Notes: a model not told the origin generated them from the letters alone. Positions 10,291-20,419 are shown, counted from the stretch's first letter. The stretch is 64,000 bases of DNA from an uncultured virus (IMG/VR IMGVR_UViG_2061766007_000545) (IMGVR_UViG_2061766007_000545); one strand, 5' to 3'. Program-made: numbers and translations.

Positions 10291-10477
10291 TTTCTTTTTC
10301 CTCTCTTTCCAAAAACTTTAGTACTTTTGGTACATCCTCTTGCGCGACATCATAAGTGCCATAAAGAATGCCTCGATAGTCATTAAAGTGAACACAAGTT
10401 CCATCAAGGTCGATTGCGTCAACTTTATTCAAGTTTACATAATAGCCATCAATTAGTTTTACAAAATTTCTATTCAT
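10271..10477 (-). CDS. hypothetical protein
   Basis: ORF in 4-gene cassette. Confidence 0.65.
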   Translation of the reverse strand: MNRNFVKLIDGYYVNLNKVDAIDLDGTCVHFNDYRGILYGTYDVAQEDVPKVLKFLEREEKENEAAKE

Positions 10478-10484
10478 TTTATTC

Positions 10485-10766
10485 TTACTCCATTTCTGCT
10501 ACTTCTTCACAAGAACAAAATTCACATACACTAAAACTTGTTCCACCACTTTCTCTATAAGATTCTTCAAGTTCTTCAAGCATAGATTCTCTCCGTTCAG
10601 CAGGGTCAAAATCTTCCTCGTCACAGTAGTCATAAAATTCACAAAAGTCATCGTCCTGAAGATTCATTATTTCTTCTTTAACAATCTCATAGGCTCTTTT
10701 TACGGATTTACATACATAATTTGTACCTTCAAAACCGCTATCATCATAATTAACTAATGCTAACAT
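10485..10766 (-). CDS. small highly acidic protein
   Basis: RBS AAGGA; D/E-rich. Confidence 0.7.
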   Translation of the reverse strand: MLALVNYDDSGFEGTNYVCKSVKRAYEIVKEEIMNLQDDDFCEFYDYCDEEDFDPAERRESMLEELEESYRESGGTSFSVCEFCSCEEVAEME

Positions 10767-11091
10767 TTTTTATTTCCTTTCCTTCGGCTAAATCTTTCAT
10801 TTTTTTATAGCGTGTAATAATATCTCTTATATCTTTATCAACATAAGCCTGAAGTTCTGATAAAAATGTTTCTTTACTACAAGGATAATATTCTGCTCGG
10901 TTTGACCACCAAGCTTCTTGTCTTTTGAAAAATTGAATAGAATCATCTAATTTAATATGATTATAAGTTCCGCTTGCATACATAACACAATAAATAGGCT
11001 TGTTATCATTATCGTAGACTATGTTATTTTTTTCATCTAAAAATTCTTCTGCCCCTTTAATAATTACAAAATCTCCATAACGTATTTTCAT
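10750..11091 (-). CDS. hypothetical protein
   Basis: RBS AAAGGAG directly after promoter. Confidence 0.75.
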   Translation of the reverse strand: MKIRYGDFVIIKGAEEFLDEKNNIVYDNDNKPIYCVMYASGTYNHIKLDDSIQFFKRQEAWWSNRAEYYPCSKETFLSELQAYVDKDIRDIITRYKKMKDLAEGKEIKNVSIS

Positions 11092-11217
11092 ATTATTTCT
11101 TGCTCCTTTCCTTTTCTTTATCTATATTATATCATACTTTTAGGAAAAGTCAACACTTAGTTCTAGACCTTTAAGGTCTAGTTTTATTTTAGAGAAAATT
11201 CGATTCTCCCCTTGGGG

Positions 11218-11670
11218 TTACTCTGTTTTGAGTAACCCCTTCAATACCTCAATAATCTCTTTTTCGGTCTTTGCTTCCGAACCACTCAGCGCCCAACCCT
11301 TGCGCACCTCTGCATTGTCATCAAAGAGAAAACCCTTGCGACCTTCGTGCTTTGGCGTGCCGTAGCGCACAACTTCAATCGAGTTAAACTTCACACTCTT
11401 GAGGTGAGTGGCGAGCCACTTCTTCTTCGTGCGCTCCACCTCTCTATCAAATTCAGGAGTAGCGGTAGCGGAACTCCAAGAGATAATCCCAATAAAATAT
11501 CCCTCATTCTGAAGCCGATTTAAGAGCCGAGCCAAAAGGCTCATATTCAACAGGGGCGCGCAGATTGCGTAAGGGCGAGGATTAAATTCCTTTAAATCAT
11601 CAATCCAAGTCGACACTCCGTAGAAGTCCGCAATCGTTCCGTCCATATCAAACCAAATTTCCTTAACCAT
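11218..11670 (-). CDS. HAD-superfamily phosphatase, 5'-nucleotidase-like
   Basis: IWFDMDGTIAD motif I, IISWS motif II, LFDD motif IV. Confidence 0.8.
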   Translation of the reverse strand: MVKEIWFDMDGTIADFYGVSTWIDDLKEFNPRPYAICAPLLNMSLLARLLNRLQNEGYFIGIISWSSATATPEFDREVERTKKKWLATHLKSVKFNSIEVVRYGTPKHEGRKGFLFDDNAEVRKGWALSGSEAKTEKEIIEVLKGLLKTE

Positions 11671-11832
11671 TTTTTTATTTCCTTTCTTTTTCTTTACACC
11701 CTTATTATACACCCATCAAACTAAAAAGTCAATCTCTTTTTAGGAAACAAATTAGACCTTTAAGGTCTAACTCTGCGGAAGAACGAAAGCGGAATTTCTT
11801 CCGCTTTCGCCCAAAGAAAAGAAAGGTTAAGA

Positions 11833-12582
11833 CTATTTAAGTCGAACTGTCGCTTTCGTTTTCTCGTACCGAATAGAGTTACAAGTAGTTTCATAAACCA
11901 CTTCATTATCTTTAATTACTCTAAACGGCTTTTCTACCTTGCGCTCGATACTACGAGGACAATCATAATCTTTCGTAAGGTCAGCGCCCATATCTAAACA
12001 ATAAAGGAGGATTTCGGTTTCAATTCTGCTATCACTCAATGCGGTGTGGTCTTCGATAAAAAGTACATTCTGCGTAAGGTAGCGATAGACAACCTCTGCG
12101 GTAGTGCTGTAGTTTCCGCTTTCGGTAAAGTAGTTATTTTCGGTACAAAAGTTTTTGTAGTCATCATCTACAATAAACTCGATTGCGTAGCCCCTAATGT
12201 CGTGAATCGGCATCTCATCAAATGGATTAAGGTTTTTATACCAATCACAGTTGAAGTCAAAGACTCTTTCATCAAAAGAACTATTAAAGGCGTAGGAGTG
12301 TTTTACTTCATACTCTCGGAAGTCCTTTCGCATCTGCCTACAAATGTAGCCGAATTTGTCCATTACTGTTTTGCGCTGACGCATAGCCGCCACATAAATT
12401 TCACGCTTGTCAGCATAGTAAGCGGAGCTAAACAAGGGCAAATTGTGCCATACCTGTTCTACTACAAAATCTCTCTCGACAAGGGTTTTGCGGGTTTCAG
12501 TGTTTACAATCACATATCCCACATTGTAACAGAACGGCTTGTCGAGAGAAGTCGTTTCCGTATCAAAAACACAAATATTCAT
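11833..12582 (-). CDS. DEDDh 3'-5' exonuclease (DnaQ-like)
   Basis: VFDTETT (ExoI), AFNSSFD (ExoII), HTALSD (ExoIII). Confidence 0.85.
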   Translation of the reverse strand: MNICVFDTETTSLDKPFCYNVGYVIVNTETRKTLVERDFVVEQVWHNLPLFSSAYYADKREIYVAAMRQRKTVMDKFGYICRQMRKDFREYEVKHSYAFNSSFDERVFDFNCDWYKNLNPFDEMPIHDIRGYAIEFIVDDDYKNFCTENNYFTESGNYSTTAEVVYRYLTQNVLFIEDHTALSDSRIETEILLYCLDMGADLTKDYDCPRSIERKVEKPFRVIKDNEVVYETTCNSIRYEKTKATVRLK

Positions 12583-12726
12583 TTCTTTTTGTTTCCTTTC
12601 TTTATCTTATGGCTTTATTATACACCTAAAGAAAACAAAAGTCAATACTTTTTTAAGGAATTTTCGGTTTTCTTTCGAAGATTTTCTAGACCTTTAAGGT
12701 CTAATTCAGATTGAAGAAAAAGCGGA

Positions 12727-13068
12727 TTACTCCGCCTTTTCTTCTTTTGCCTTGCGCTTTTCTGCGTCCTTCGCCATTTTTTTAGCTTTCTTCTTTTCGG
12801 CTTCCTCGGCTTTAATCCGTTTCTGCTCGACCTCAAAAGCATAATTGGAGGATTCAGCGTAGCCGTCATAGTCCTCTCCGCCACGAGTACCTGTAGGGAT
12901 AGAGAACACAGCCTTTACCCAGCCTTCTTCCATATCTTCGCCCACTACTTCGAGGGCAAGACCATTCGAGGCGACAACGAGGACAGTGTACCCCTCGGAT
13001 TCGAGATAAGTACGAACTTTGTCCATAATTTCGTTACGGCAAGGATTTAACTTTTTAGTATTTACCAT
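12727..13068 (-). CDS. hypothetical protein with Lys/Ala/Glu-rich tail
   Basis: Own promoter and RBS AAAGGAG. Confidence 0.75.
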   Translation of the reverse strand: MVNTKKLNPCRNEIMDKVRTYLESEGYTVLVVASNGLALEVVGEDMEEGWVKAVFSIPTGTRGGEDYDGYAESSNYAFEVEQKRIKAEEAEKKKAKKMAKDAEKRKAKEEKAE

Positions 13069-13199
13069 TGGCTTTTTGCTCCTTTCTGTTTCTTACACCC
13101 TTATTATACTACTATAAAAAGAAAATGTCAACAGTTTTTTTATAAGAAATTTTAGGGGAATTAGACCTCTAAGGTCTAACTACGTAGAAGGCGCGCCTT

Positions 13200-13433
13200 C
13201 TACTTCGCAACATATAATGCTAAAGAAAGAACGAAGATTGTAATTATATGAGTTACTACGAAAAAGAAAGTAGATTTTATTTCACAAAAGCAATCACAAA
13301 AATTTTCCCAAAAAGTGAATTTTTCTTGATAAAAATCTTCAAGTGCTTCTTTATTTTCTTTTAATTCTTTTATCGTCGCTTTAATCCATAAGATTTCGCC
13401 AATTATTAGCATCACAATCCAAATATATTTCAT
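13200..13433 (-). CDS. small two-TM membrane protein
   Basis: Hydrophobic termini; RBS AAAGGAG. Confidence 0.65.
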   Translation of the reverse strand: MKYIWIVMLIIGEILWIKATIKELKENKEALEDFYQEKFTFWENFCDCFCEIKSTFFFVVTHIITIFVLSLALYVAK

Positions 13434-13434
13434 T

Positions 13435-13695
13435 TTATACTCCTTTATAAAACATAATCAAAAAGAATACATTAAGTACAACACCGCTTAGGTGCATAAC
13501 CAAGCCGTTAATATGACGGTCGCTTGTCAGGTCTTTTACGATACCAACGAGCGCAATGAACAAGCCAAACCACGCAATACTTAATCCGAAAATCATAATC
13601 AAAATTACATTAAATACAGTTGCAAGGCATCTTAAATCGTTCCATTCAAATTCATAATCCTTTTCAATTTTAAAAAACTGTTTTACTTTTTCCAT
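13435..13695 (-). CDS. membrane protein
   Basis: Multiple hydrophobic segments; RBS AAAGGAGA before MEKVKQ. Confidence 0.7.
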   Translation of the reverse strand: MEKVKQFFKIEKDYEFEWNDLRCLATVFNVILIMIFGLSIAWFGLFIALVGIVKDLTSDRHINGLVMHLSGVVLNVFFLIMFYKGV

Positions 13696-13802
13696 CGGTC
13701 TATCTCCTTTCTTATGAATTAAGTATACCATAAGAAAAAGAAAAAGTCAATGATTTCTTTTTTAGGAAGTTAGACCTTTAAGGTCTAACAAGATTGTTGT
13801 GG

Positions 13803-14048
13803 TTAATTTTCCACAACAATATCATCAGAAATAAGAAAGTCAAGGAACTTTATTGTCGATTCAAAGTCGTCATCGTCATAGACTTTGTCATCGTCATCTT
13901 CAACGGACATGGCCCAAGTGTATCCTCCCATCACATCTGCGAATTGTCTGCGCAATTTTACTAGTTTATTAACCATTGAAATAATTTCATTTCTTTCATC
14001 GTCTGTAAGATATAAAAAAGCTCTATTATCTCTACGCAATTCTGCCAT
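13803..14048 (-). CDS. acidic hypothetical protein
   Basis: RBS GGGAGG. Confidence 0.7.
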   Translation of the reverse strand: MAELRRDNRAFLYLTDDERNEIISMVNKLVKLRRQFADVMGGYTWAMSVEDDDDKVYDDDDFESTIKFLDFLISDDIVVEN

Positions 14049-14051
14049 TTT

Positions 14052-14306
14052 TTATTCCTCCCATTTTTCATAAATTTCTGCTTCAAGTACTTCATAATTA
14101 TCAGACAAATCCGCATATTCCCACTCTTGTTTTGCTTTTGTTATAGCTTCCTCGTCATTAGAAGCGCTTACTGTAACAATAGCAGGGATTTTTACATATA
14201 CTCCTACTGTATACTCTTTAGTGGGACAATGTTCTTTCTCCCAATTTTGTGCTTGCCACAGTGTATCAAAAATTTTTCCATCATTAGTTTTATAAACTGT
14301 TTGCAT
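14052..14306 (-). CDS. hypothetical protein
   Basis: First gene after promoter; YKTNDGKIFDT N-terminus. Confidence 0.75.
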   Translation of the reverse strand: MQTVYKTNDGKIFDTLWQAQNWEKEHCPTKEYTVGVYVKIPAIVTVSASNDEEAITKAKQEWEYADLSDNYEVLEAEIYEKWEE

Positions 14307-14449
14307 TTTAGTATTTCCTTTCTTCTTTCTATGGTTTTATTATATCACACTAAAGTGAAAAGTGCAAGTCTTTTTTAGAAAAGGAATTAGACCTCTAAGG
14401 TCTAGTTCTACGTAGAAAGCGCGCCACCATTATCGGTGGCGGTGCGCCT

Positions 14450-14917
14450 TCACTTAAGGAGGTAATCTACTATATGACAAAGGAAGAAATGTCGTTTAAT
14501 AAAATCGATTGCCCAATCGGTTGCGTCCCATTCGCTTTTCATTTCAAAGTGGAGTACGGCAGCCGAGTTCCATTCTTTCTCGTTATCAGCAATCGAGCAA
14601 AGTAATTTTACAAGTGCGTCTTTCTCTTGCTCTGCTATTGCATCTTCTTCGGTATCAGCTTTTATATGTCCGATTTCGTGGAGTATAGTCCAAAGAAATG
14701 GAGAATAGTTTCGAGCGTTCTTGAATTTGTGGCGCTTTTCAATATGACTTATGAATAGGTCATCTGCGTCCGTATGGTTAAGATTTAAAATTATATAAGG
14801 AGGCTCATCAAAGACGCACTGATTTTCGGAAGTACGAGAGATAAAAACCTTACCTTCTTTTTTCAAAATAGATTTTGCAAAAATATTTGTGATAATTTCT
14901 TTTGCTTTCAGATTCAT
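14450..14917 (-). CDS. HExxH-motif protein (possible Zn metallopeptidase)
   Basis: WTILHEIGH and downstream EWDATDWA; RBS GAGGT before MNLKAKE. Confidence 0.6.
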   Translation of the reverse strand: MNLKAKEIITNIFAKSILKKEGKVFISRTSENQCVFDEPPYIILNLNHTDADDLFISHIEKRHKFKNARNYSPFLWTILHEIGHIKADTEEDAIAEQEKDALVKLLCSIADNEKEWNSAAVLHFEMKSEWDATDWAIDFIKRHFFLCHIVDYLLK

Positions 14918-15045
14918 CTGCCGTACCTCTCTTTCACTTTCTAAAACAAGTATAACATAAGAGAAAAGAAAAGTCAATCACTTTCTTTAAGGTAGATTAG
15001 ACCTTTAAGGTCTAGATAGATAAGAGGATTTAGTCCTCTTTTGTT

Positions 15046-15342
15046 TTAAATTTCTTCTGCGTCTTCTATTCCATTAAAATAGTTATTAATATCCTCTTCG
15101 GTTGCTTCCTGTACTTCATAGTAGCAACCATCCTGATACCACTCTATTGCATTTTCATACTCTTCTTCATTATCAAAATTGTCTGGTTCTCCTACGAGAT
15201 ACTCATAAAGAGAAGAGTAGTCATATAATCCTTCTTCCATCCAATCTTCTACTTCGCGCGGACTTTCTGCTAAAAAAAGATGGTATTCTTCAGTGCCACA
15301 GTATGGAGTAGAGTACTTTCCAATATAATATTTCTTTGCCAT
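15046..15342 (-). CDS. small highly acidic, Tyr-rich protein
   Basis: Own promoter, RBS, terminator. Confidence 0.75.
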   Translation of the reverse strand: MAKKYYIGKYSTPYCGTEEYHLFLAESPREVEDWMEEGLYDYSSLYEYLVGEPDNFDNEEEYENAIEWYQDGCYYEVQEATEEDINNYFNGIEDAEEI

Positions 15343-15507
15343 TTTATTTCTCCTTTCTTTTGTAATTTTATTATACTCCTTTTAAATAAAAAAGTCAATA
15401 ACTTTTTTAATTTTTCTAGACCTTTAAGGTCTAACTTCTCTTTGAAAAGTGGGGCGGAGTTCCACCGCCCCGATGTCCTAAAATTTGCGCTTGGGGAGGG
15501 AAGCCGA

Positions 15508-15888
15508 CTACTCGGCTTCTACCTCATCGGCATCGGCTACCTTGTAGGCAACCTGCTCGCCCTTACCCTTGACCTTAACCTTCTCGGTCACAAGTGCGCC
15601 CTCGTTCACAAGCAAACGAGCAACTCCCGTAACCTTCTGCGTGGTCAGACCAAGAGCCTTAGCGATTTCCGTACCAAGAACAGCGCCCTTGTCCTCAAGG
15701 AAAGCGAGAATCTCTGCCTTGACAGGCTCGTTCTCCTTCTGCTTCTTGTTAGGGGTGTTCTTGCGCTTCTCGTTCTTTGCATCAAGCCCCTTAATCAGAG
15801 CTACACGCTTTGCTTCGTCATCTCCCTGAAGATTGTACTTTGCAAGTCCTTCAAGGAATGCTCTCGTTGTCATAATCTCTACTGCCAT
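15508..15888 (-). CDS. putative winged-helix DNA-binding protein (paralog of 9338-9697)
   Basis: EILAFLEDKGAVLGTEIAKALGLTTQKVTGVARLLVNEGALV; shares LDAxNEKRxNTPxKxQKEN with 9338; two tandem promoters (~15943-15972, ~16045-16074). Confidence 0.65.
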   Translation of the reverse strand: MAVEIMTTRAFLEGLAKYNLQGDDEAKRVALIKGLDAKNEKRKNTPNKKQKENEPVKAEILAFLEDKGAVLGTEIAKALGLTTQKVTGVARLLVNEGALVTEKVKVKGKGEQVAYKVADADEVEAE

Positions 15889-16270
15889 AATGTTTTTCCT
15901 TTCTTGCGGTTTGGTCGCAACCCTTTCTCTTTTTTACACTTTTATTATATCACAAGATTTTCGGTTTGTCAAGAGTTTTTTTAATTTTTTTTGAATTTTT
16001 TTTTGAAGTGCTTTGCGCTCTTGCCTTTCCTTATCTTGTAACCTTATTATACTACCGAAAAGAGAAAAAGTCAATCCCTTTTGAAAAGATTTTTCGGAAT
16101 AAATTAGACCTCTAAGGTCTAATTAAATACCACCATGAATAGGATCCCGAAGGTTTTTTAACCTATTCTCTCTGTGCTTATTGGTGGTGATAAGCCCCTC
16201 ACTTACGCAGCAGGCGCGCTTTGGTAAGATAGGAAACTCGTCCTTGCGCATTATTCTTACTCAAAGTTGA

Positions 16271-16343
16271 TGATGCTCTGATGGGACTCGAACCCATACC
16301 CCCAGCCAATAAGGCTGATATTCTGCCAATTAAACTAAGAGCA
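16271..16343 (-). tRNA. atypical tRNA-like gene, anticodon UAU (Ile-like), possibly degenerate
   Basis: TGCTCT-TAGTTTAATTGGCAGAATA-TCAGC-CTTATTG-GCTGG-GGGT-ATGGG-TTCGAGT-CCCAT-CAGAGCA-TCA; canonical D and T loops, imperfect acceptor stem. Confidence 0.6.
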
Positions 16344-16601
16344 TTTTAGGTAGACCGTTTCTCGTATGGTTCGAAAACTAAAAAGATGGTCAGTCTTTTT
16401 AAAAAATAACCCTCACTTTATCGGCGAGACCGCCACAGTTCCGTATGTGGGACTTACGAGAAGAGGTATCCGAAGTTTTATCTCGATTTATTATCTCCGT
16501 TCCTTACCTTCTGAAGTAATTATATCATAGAAGAATTAAAAAGTCAATACCTTTTTAGGAGAGTTATCTAGACCTTTAAGGTCTAAGTGTAATCCGTATT
16601 T

Positions 16602-17002
16602 CTACGGATTCTGTAAAAGCATATTGATACTATCGGCAAAATCTTCTTCTTCCTCTTCTTCATCAGGAAACATTTTCTTACTACACTCCTCGCACATACC
16701 GAGAATCATTTCTCTTTCTCCTGCGGTAAGATAAGGGAATGCTTTCTGAACAAGTTCGCCTTCTTCAAACTCCCAAAAGTCATCTTCGTTTACCCAAATA
16801 GAAGCACATTTTCTGCACCATCTACAAGAGCAAAGCATCTCGACTTCTTTATGATTCTCTTTCTTTTCATGCAGACGCTCGTGCGCATTGTCCACCGCAT
16901 CTCTTAATTCTTTCTTTGTTGCAATGTCATCTTCGTAAGCAGTAATCATATTTGCAAGATACTCGATAAAATCTTCCNNNNNNNNNNAATAAAATCTTCC
17001 AT
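16602..17002 (-). CDS. hypothetical protein with Cys clusters (gap near start)
   Basis: MEDFIEYLAN...CSCRWCRKC...CEEC. Confidence 0.65.
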
Positions 17003-17119
17003 TAGTTTTTCCTCTCTTTCTTTTTTGTAACTCTACTATAGCATAGAAAGCGCGCAATGTCAATAGAAAGAGTTAGACCTTTAAGGTCTAATTAGTTCCA
17101 CGGATTTCCGTGGATTAAA

Positions 17120-17488
17120 TTAGTACCATCGAGTAAAAATATGATACTGAAGTTTTGCTTTTGAAAAAATTTCTTGGTTTCTCATAAAAAATTCTTTTGC
17201 TTTATCGAGAAAATTACTGAATTCCTCTATATCTTCTATAGGAAATACTTCATTTACAAGTTCTTCTAAAGAAGAGAAATGAATATCTCTATCCTTTATT
17301 GGGCGCCAATATCCAATAAAAACATCATCTGCGGTATACGCATCTCTAATTAAGACCAAATCATTATCAACAATATAGTCGTGAAGTTCTCCTCCGCCTA
17401 TTTCTGCAATAGAGTCAAGTGCATTTTCAAAATCATTTTCACGAATCATAATCCCATATCCTATTACAACTTCGCATTCTACTGACAT
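17120..17488 (-). CDS. hypothetical protein; cargo of the cassette missing in the alternate haplotype
   Basis: Own promoter and RBS AAAGGAGA. Confidence 0.75.
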   Translation of the reverse strand: MSVECEVVIGYGIMIRENDFENALDSIAEIGGGELHDYIVDNDLVLIRDAYTADDVFIGYWRPIKDRDIHFSSLEELVNEVFPIEDIEEFSNFLDKAKEFFMRNQEIFSKAKLQYHIFTRWY

Positions 17489-17806
17489 TTTCTTTCTCCT
17501 TTCTTTTTATAATTTAAGTATACTATAAACCATTAACTTTGTCAATCATATTTCAGGAAGTTTATTAGACCTTTAAGGTCTAATACTACGTGGAAAAGAA
17601 AAGGGAATAAATCCCTTTTCTTTCCTATGAAGAATATGTGTATCATTATAAGCGCTATCTAATGCGCTCATATANNNNNNNNNNACATAGAAAGCGCGCA
17701 ATGTCAATAGAAAGAGTTAGACCTTTAAGGTCTAGTTCTGCGTGGAAAAGAAAAGGGAATAAATCCCTTTTCTTTTCTATGAAGAATATGTGTATCATTA
17801 TAAGCG

Positions 17807-18335
17807 CTATCTAATGCGCTCATATACAACACGATAGGAGTAGGCTTCGGTTTTGCCACTATGACCATATCCTTTATAAACTGTAGTATCTTTTACCTTA
17901 CTCCGAACCTTAACAAGTTTAAGGTANNNNNNNNNNAGCTTCAGTTCTGCCACTATGACCATATCCTTTGTAAACTGTAGTATCTTTTACCTTACTCCGA
18001 ACCTTAACAAGTTTAAGGTAACCCTCGTTTACTAAATCGTAAAAAGCGCAAACTGTAGAGCGAGAGGCTCCCCACTTACTACCGGGCGTAATCAAATCAC
18101 CAATCTTCGTGTCGTTGAGAATCTCTTTCTTTCGTCTGTCGATACGAACATTATTCGATCTGCGCTCGCTTTCATTGATAATAGTCCGAATAGCGTCATA
18201 ATAAGCAAAATCAGCTATTGAATCTTCAGAGGGACTAAGCACAATTTCAATAGCCTTACTTACGTCCTTTTCACCGTGCAGATAATACTTCTGACTTACT
18301 TCCATTTTTTCAAATCTGTCGTTTAACTTTACCAT
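17807..18335 (-). CDS. hypothetical protein (3' end duplicated across gap)
   Basis: MVKLNDRFEK...GYGHSG(K/R)TEAYSYRVVYERIR. Confidence 0.65.
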
Positions 18336-18482
18336 TTCTTTTTTTCTTCCTTTTCTTTTTTTATTTTAGAAGTATCTCTCTTCTATGATTAAAGTATACC
18401 ATAAGAGAAAAGAAATTGCAAGTCTTTTTTAAGAGATAAGTTAGACCTTTAAGGTCTAGTTTTGGTTGAAGAAAGAGAGGGA

Positions 18483-18782
18483 CTATGCCCTCTTCTTTAA
18501 CTTTTCAACTTCGCGCTTGTATGCATTGGCATACTGCAGGGGATTGTCATACGGAATGACTTTCTTTTCCTTAAGAGCCTTGCGGTACTTAGTGGCTCGT
18601 ACTTCGTCAGCGCGCGACCTTGCATCGCGTTCATCATCAGTTAACCCATCCCATCCGATAAGAGTAGCCTTGAGGTCTGCGCCCTCTACTTCGCGCGATG
18701 CCTGTGCGTCTGCAAGTGTGCTTACAACCATTCCATCAATTTCGCCTTTTTTATTAAGTTCTGCATATACAAGTTTGTTCAT
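18483..18782 (-). CDS. hypothetical protein
   Basis: Own promoter, RBS GAGGT, terminator overlapping stop. Confidence 0.75.
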   Translation of the reverse strand: MNKLVYAELNKKGEIDGMVVSTLADAQASREVEGADLKATLIGWDGLTDDERDARSRADEVRATKYRKALKEKKVIPYDNPLQYANAYKREVEKLKKRA

Positions 18783-19324
18783 ATTAGGATTACCTCTCTC
18801 TTTCTTTATTTTGTAACTTTATTATATCATTTTTTAGAAAAAAGTCAATAGTATGAATTAGACCTTTAAGGTCTAACTCTGCAGACGGCGCATTATAATG
18901 CGTCGTCGCCTTTGAAATTCTTAAACTTATCCCAAAGCACAATCGTTACGGAAGTAATGCAACCTGCAATAAATCCAAATAATGCGCCAAATACAAATCC
19001 AATTACTGCTCCCATTTTTCTACCTCGGCTCTAATATTATATGGAGATATAGTTTTATCTTCTTCGCAACAATATGCGTTAAAGGGGCACTCTCTACACT
19101 CTCCCATATCTTCACAAGCATCTACGATACCTTTCATCGCCTCAATCATTTTTGCTTGCGCGTCATTAAGTTCTATTTTCTTTTCTGGNNNNNNNNNNTT
19201 ACGCAGACGGCGCATTATGATGCGTCGTCGCCTTTGAAATTCTTAAACTTATCCCAAAGTACAATCGTTACGGAAGTAATGCAACCTGCAACAAATCCGA
19301 ATAATGCACCAAATACAAATCCAA

Positions 19325-19775
19325 TTACTGCTCCCATTTTTCTACCTCGGTTCTAATATTATATGGAGATATAGTTTTATCTTCTTCGCAACAATATGCG
19401 TTAAAAGGGCATTCTCTACACTCTCCCATATCTTCACAAGCATCTATGATACCTTTCATTGCCTCAATCATTTTTGCTTGCGCGTCATTAAGTTCTATTT
19501 TCTTTTCTGGAGAAGGCATTATCTCTTCTTCAAAAGTTTTCTTCAAATATTCCTCAAAACTTTCAAGAAAAGCGTTCTCTTCCCAANNNNNNNNNNTTTT
19601 TCTTCAAATATTCCTCAAAACTTTCAAGAAAAGCGTCCTCTTCCCAATAAAAAATATCGCCAACATTATCCGCAAAGTTACTCATTAACTGACCGAATCT
19701 CCAATCGGGGCAATACTTCTTATGAAGTTCCTTAATCTTCTCGTAAAATTCATCAAGTCTATTTGCATCTCTCAT
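19325..19775 (-). CDS. hypothetical protein with CxxCPF Cys cluster (split by gap; allele at 19003-19188)
   Basis: MRDANRLDEFYEKIKELHKKYCPDWRFGQL joins EEYLKKTFEEE...CRECPFNAYC. Confidence 0.6.
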
Positions 19776-19792
19776 TTTACTTTTCTCCTCTC

Positions 19793-19957
19793 TTAATAAT
19801 CCCAACCGAACATCTCACGCCATTCATCATCTTCTTCATCAGCGAAACAGCCGATAAAAACAAAAGCCTCTTCTTCTTCATAGGGAGTATCATCTCTGTA
19901 ATACTCTTCGGGAGTTACGAAAGCATCAACTCTTTCATCATAAATAAATCTTGCCAT
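19793..19957 (-). CDS. small acidic protein
   Basis: RBS GAGGT before MARFIYDE. Confidence 0.65.
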   Translation of the reverse strand: MARFIYDERVDAFVTPEEYYRDDTPYEEEEAFVFIGCFADEEDDEWREMFGWDY

Positions 19958-20089
19958 TTTAATTACCTCTCTTTCTTTGGCTTGCGCCTTTTCTTTTTTA
20001 CAAGTAAAGTATATCATAGAAAAGAAAGAATGTCAACCGTTTTCTAAAAATTTTCTTAGACCTTTAAGGTCTAACTATGGAATGGGATT

Positions 20090-20419
20090 TTATTCCCATT
20101 CCTTGAACCATCTATCCATTTCTCTAATAAGGTCGAACCAATATCTATCGAGGAATTCTTCGATTTCTTCAGACCAATCAAGGTCAAAATCATCTTCTAT
20201 CCAACTAAAGCAACCCTCAAATTCACTTTCAATCCAAAAGCGAACTTCATTCTTGAGTCTTTCGGTAATATTTTCTCCATAACGATAAATTGTATCAAGG
20301 TCTTTATAAATTTCTCCAATATAGTCATAATCACTATTATAAAGAGATTTGGTCATATTGTCATAAAGTTTTGAATAAAACTCATCTTCGCTTCTTCGAG
20401 ATTTGAATTTAAGTTTCAT
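20090..20419 (-). CDS. acidic, Trp-rich hypothetical protein
   Basis: Own promoter and RBS. Confidence 0.75.
   Translation of the reverse strand: MKLKFKSRRSEDEFYSKLYDNMTKSLYNSDYDYIGEIYKDLDTIYRYGENITERLKNEVRFWIESEFEGCFSWIEDDFDLDWSEEIEEFLDRYWFDLIREMDRWFKEWE

Noticed and set aside
13769..13789. Integron attC resemblance: GTTAGAC fits GTTRRRY and GTCTAAC fits RYYYAAC
   Set aside because: The order is the reverse of attC, the site is far too short, the outer G/C are not conserved across copies, cassettes have their own promoters and no integrase is visible.
15508..15888. Z-alpha (Z-DNA-binding) identity of the winged-helix proteins, prompted by the GCGCGC excess
   Set aside because: The Asn/Tyr recognition-helix and wing Trp residues of Z-alpha domains are absent; only a generic wHTH pattern is visible.
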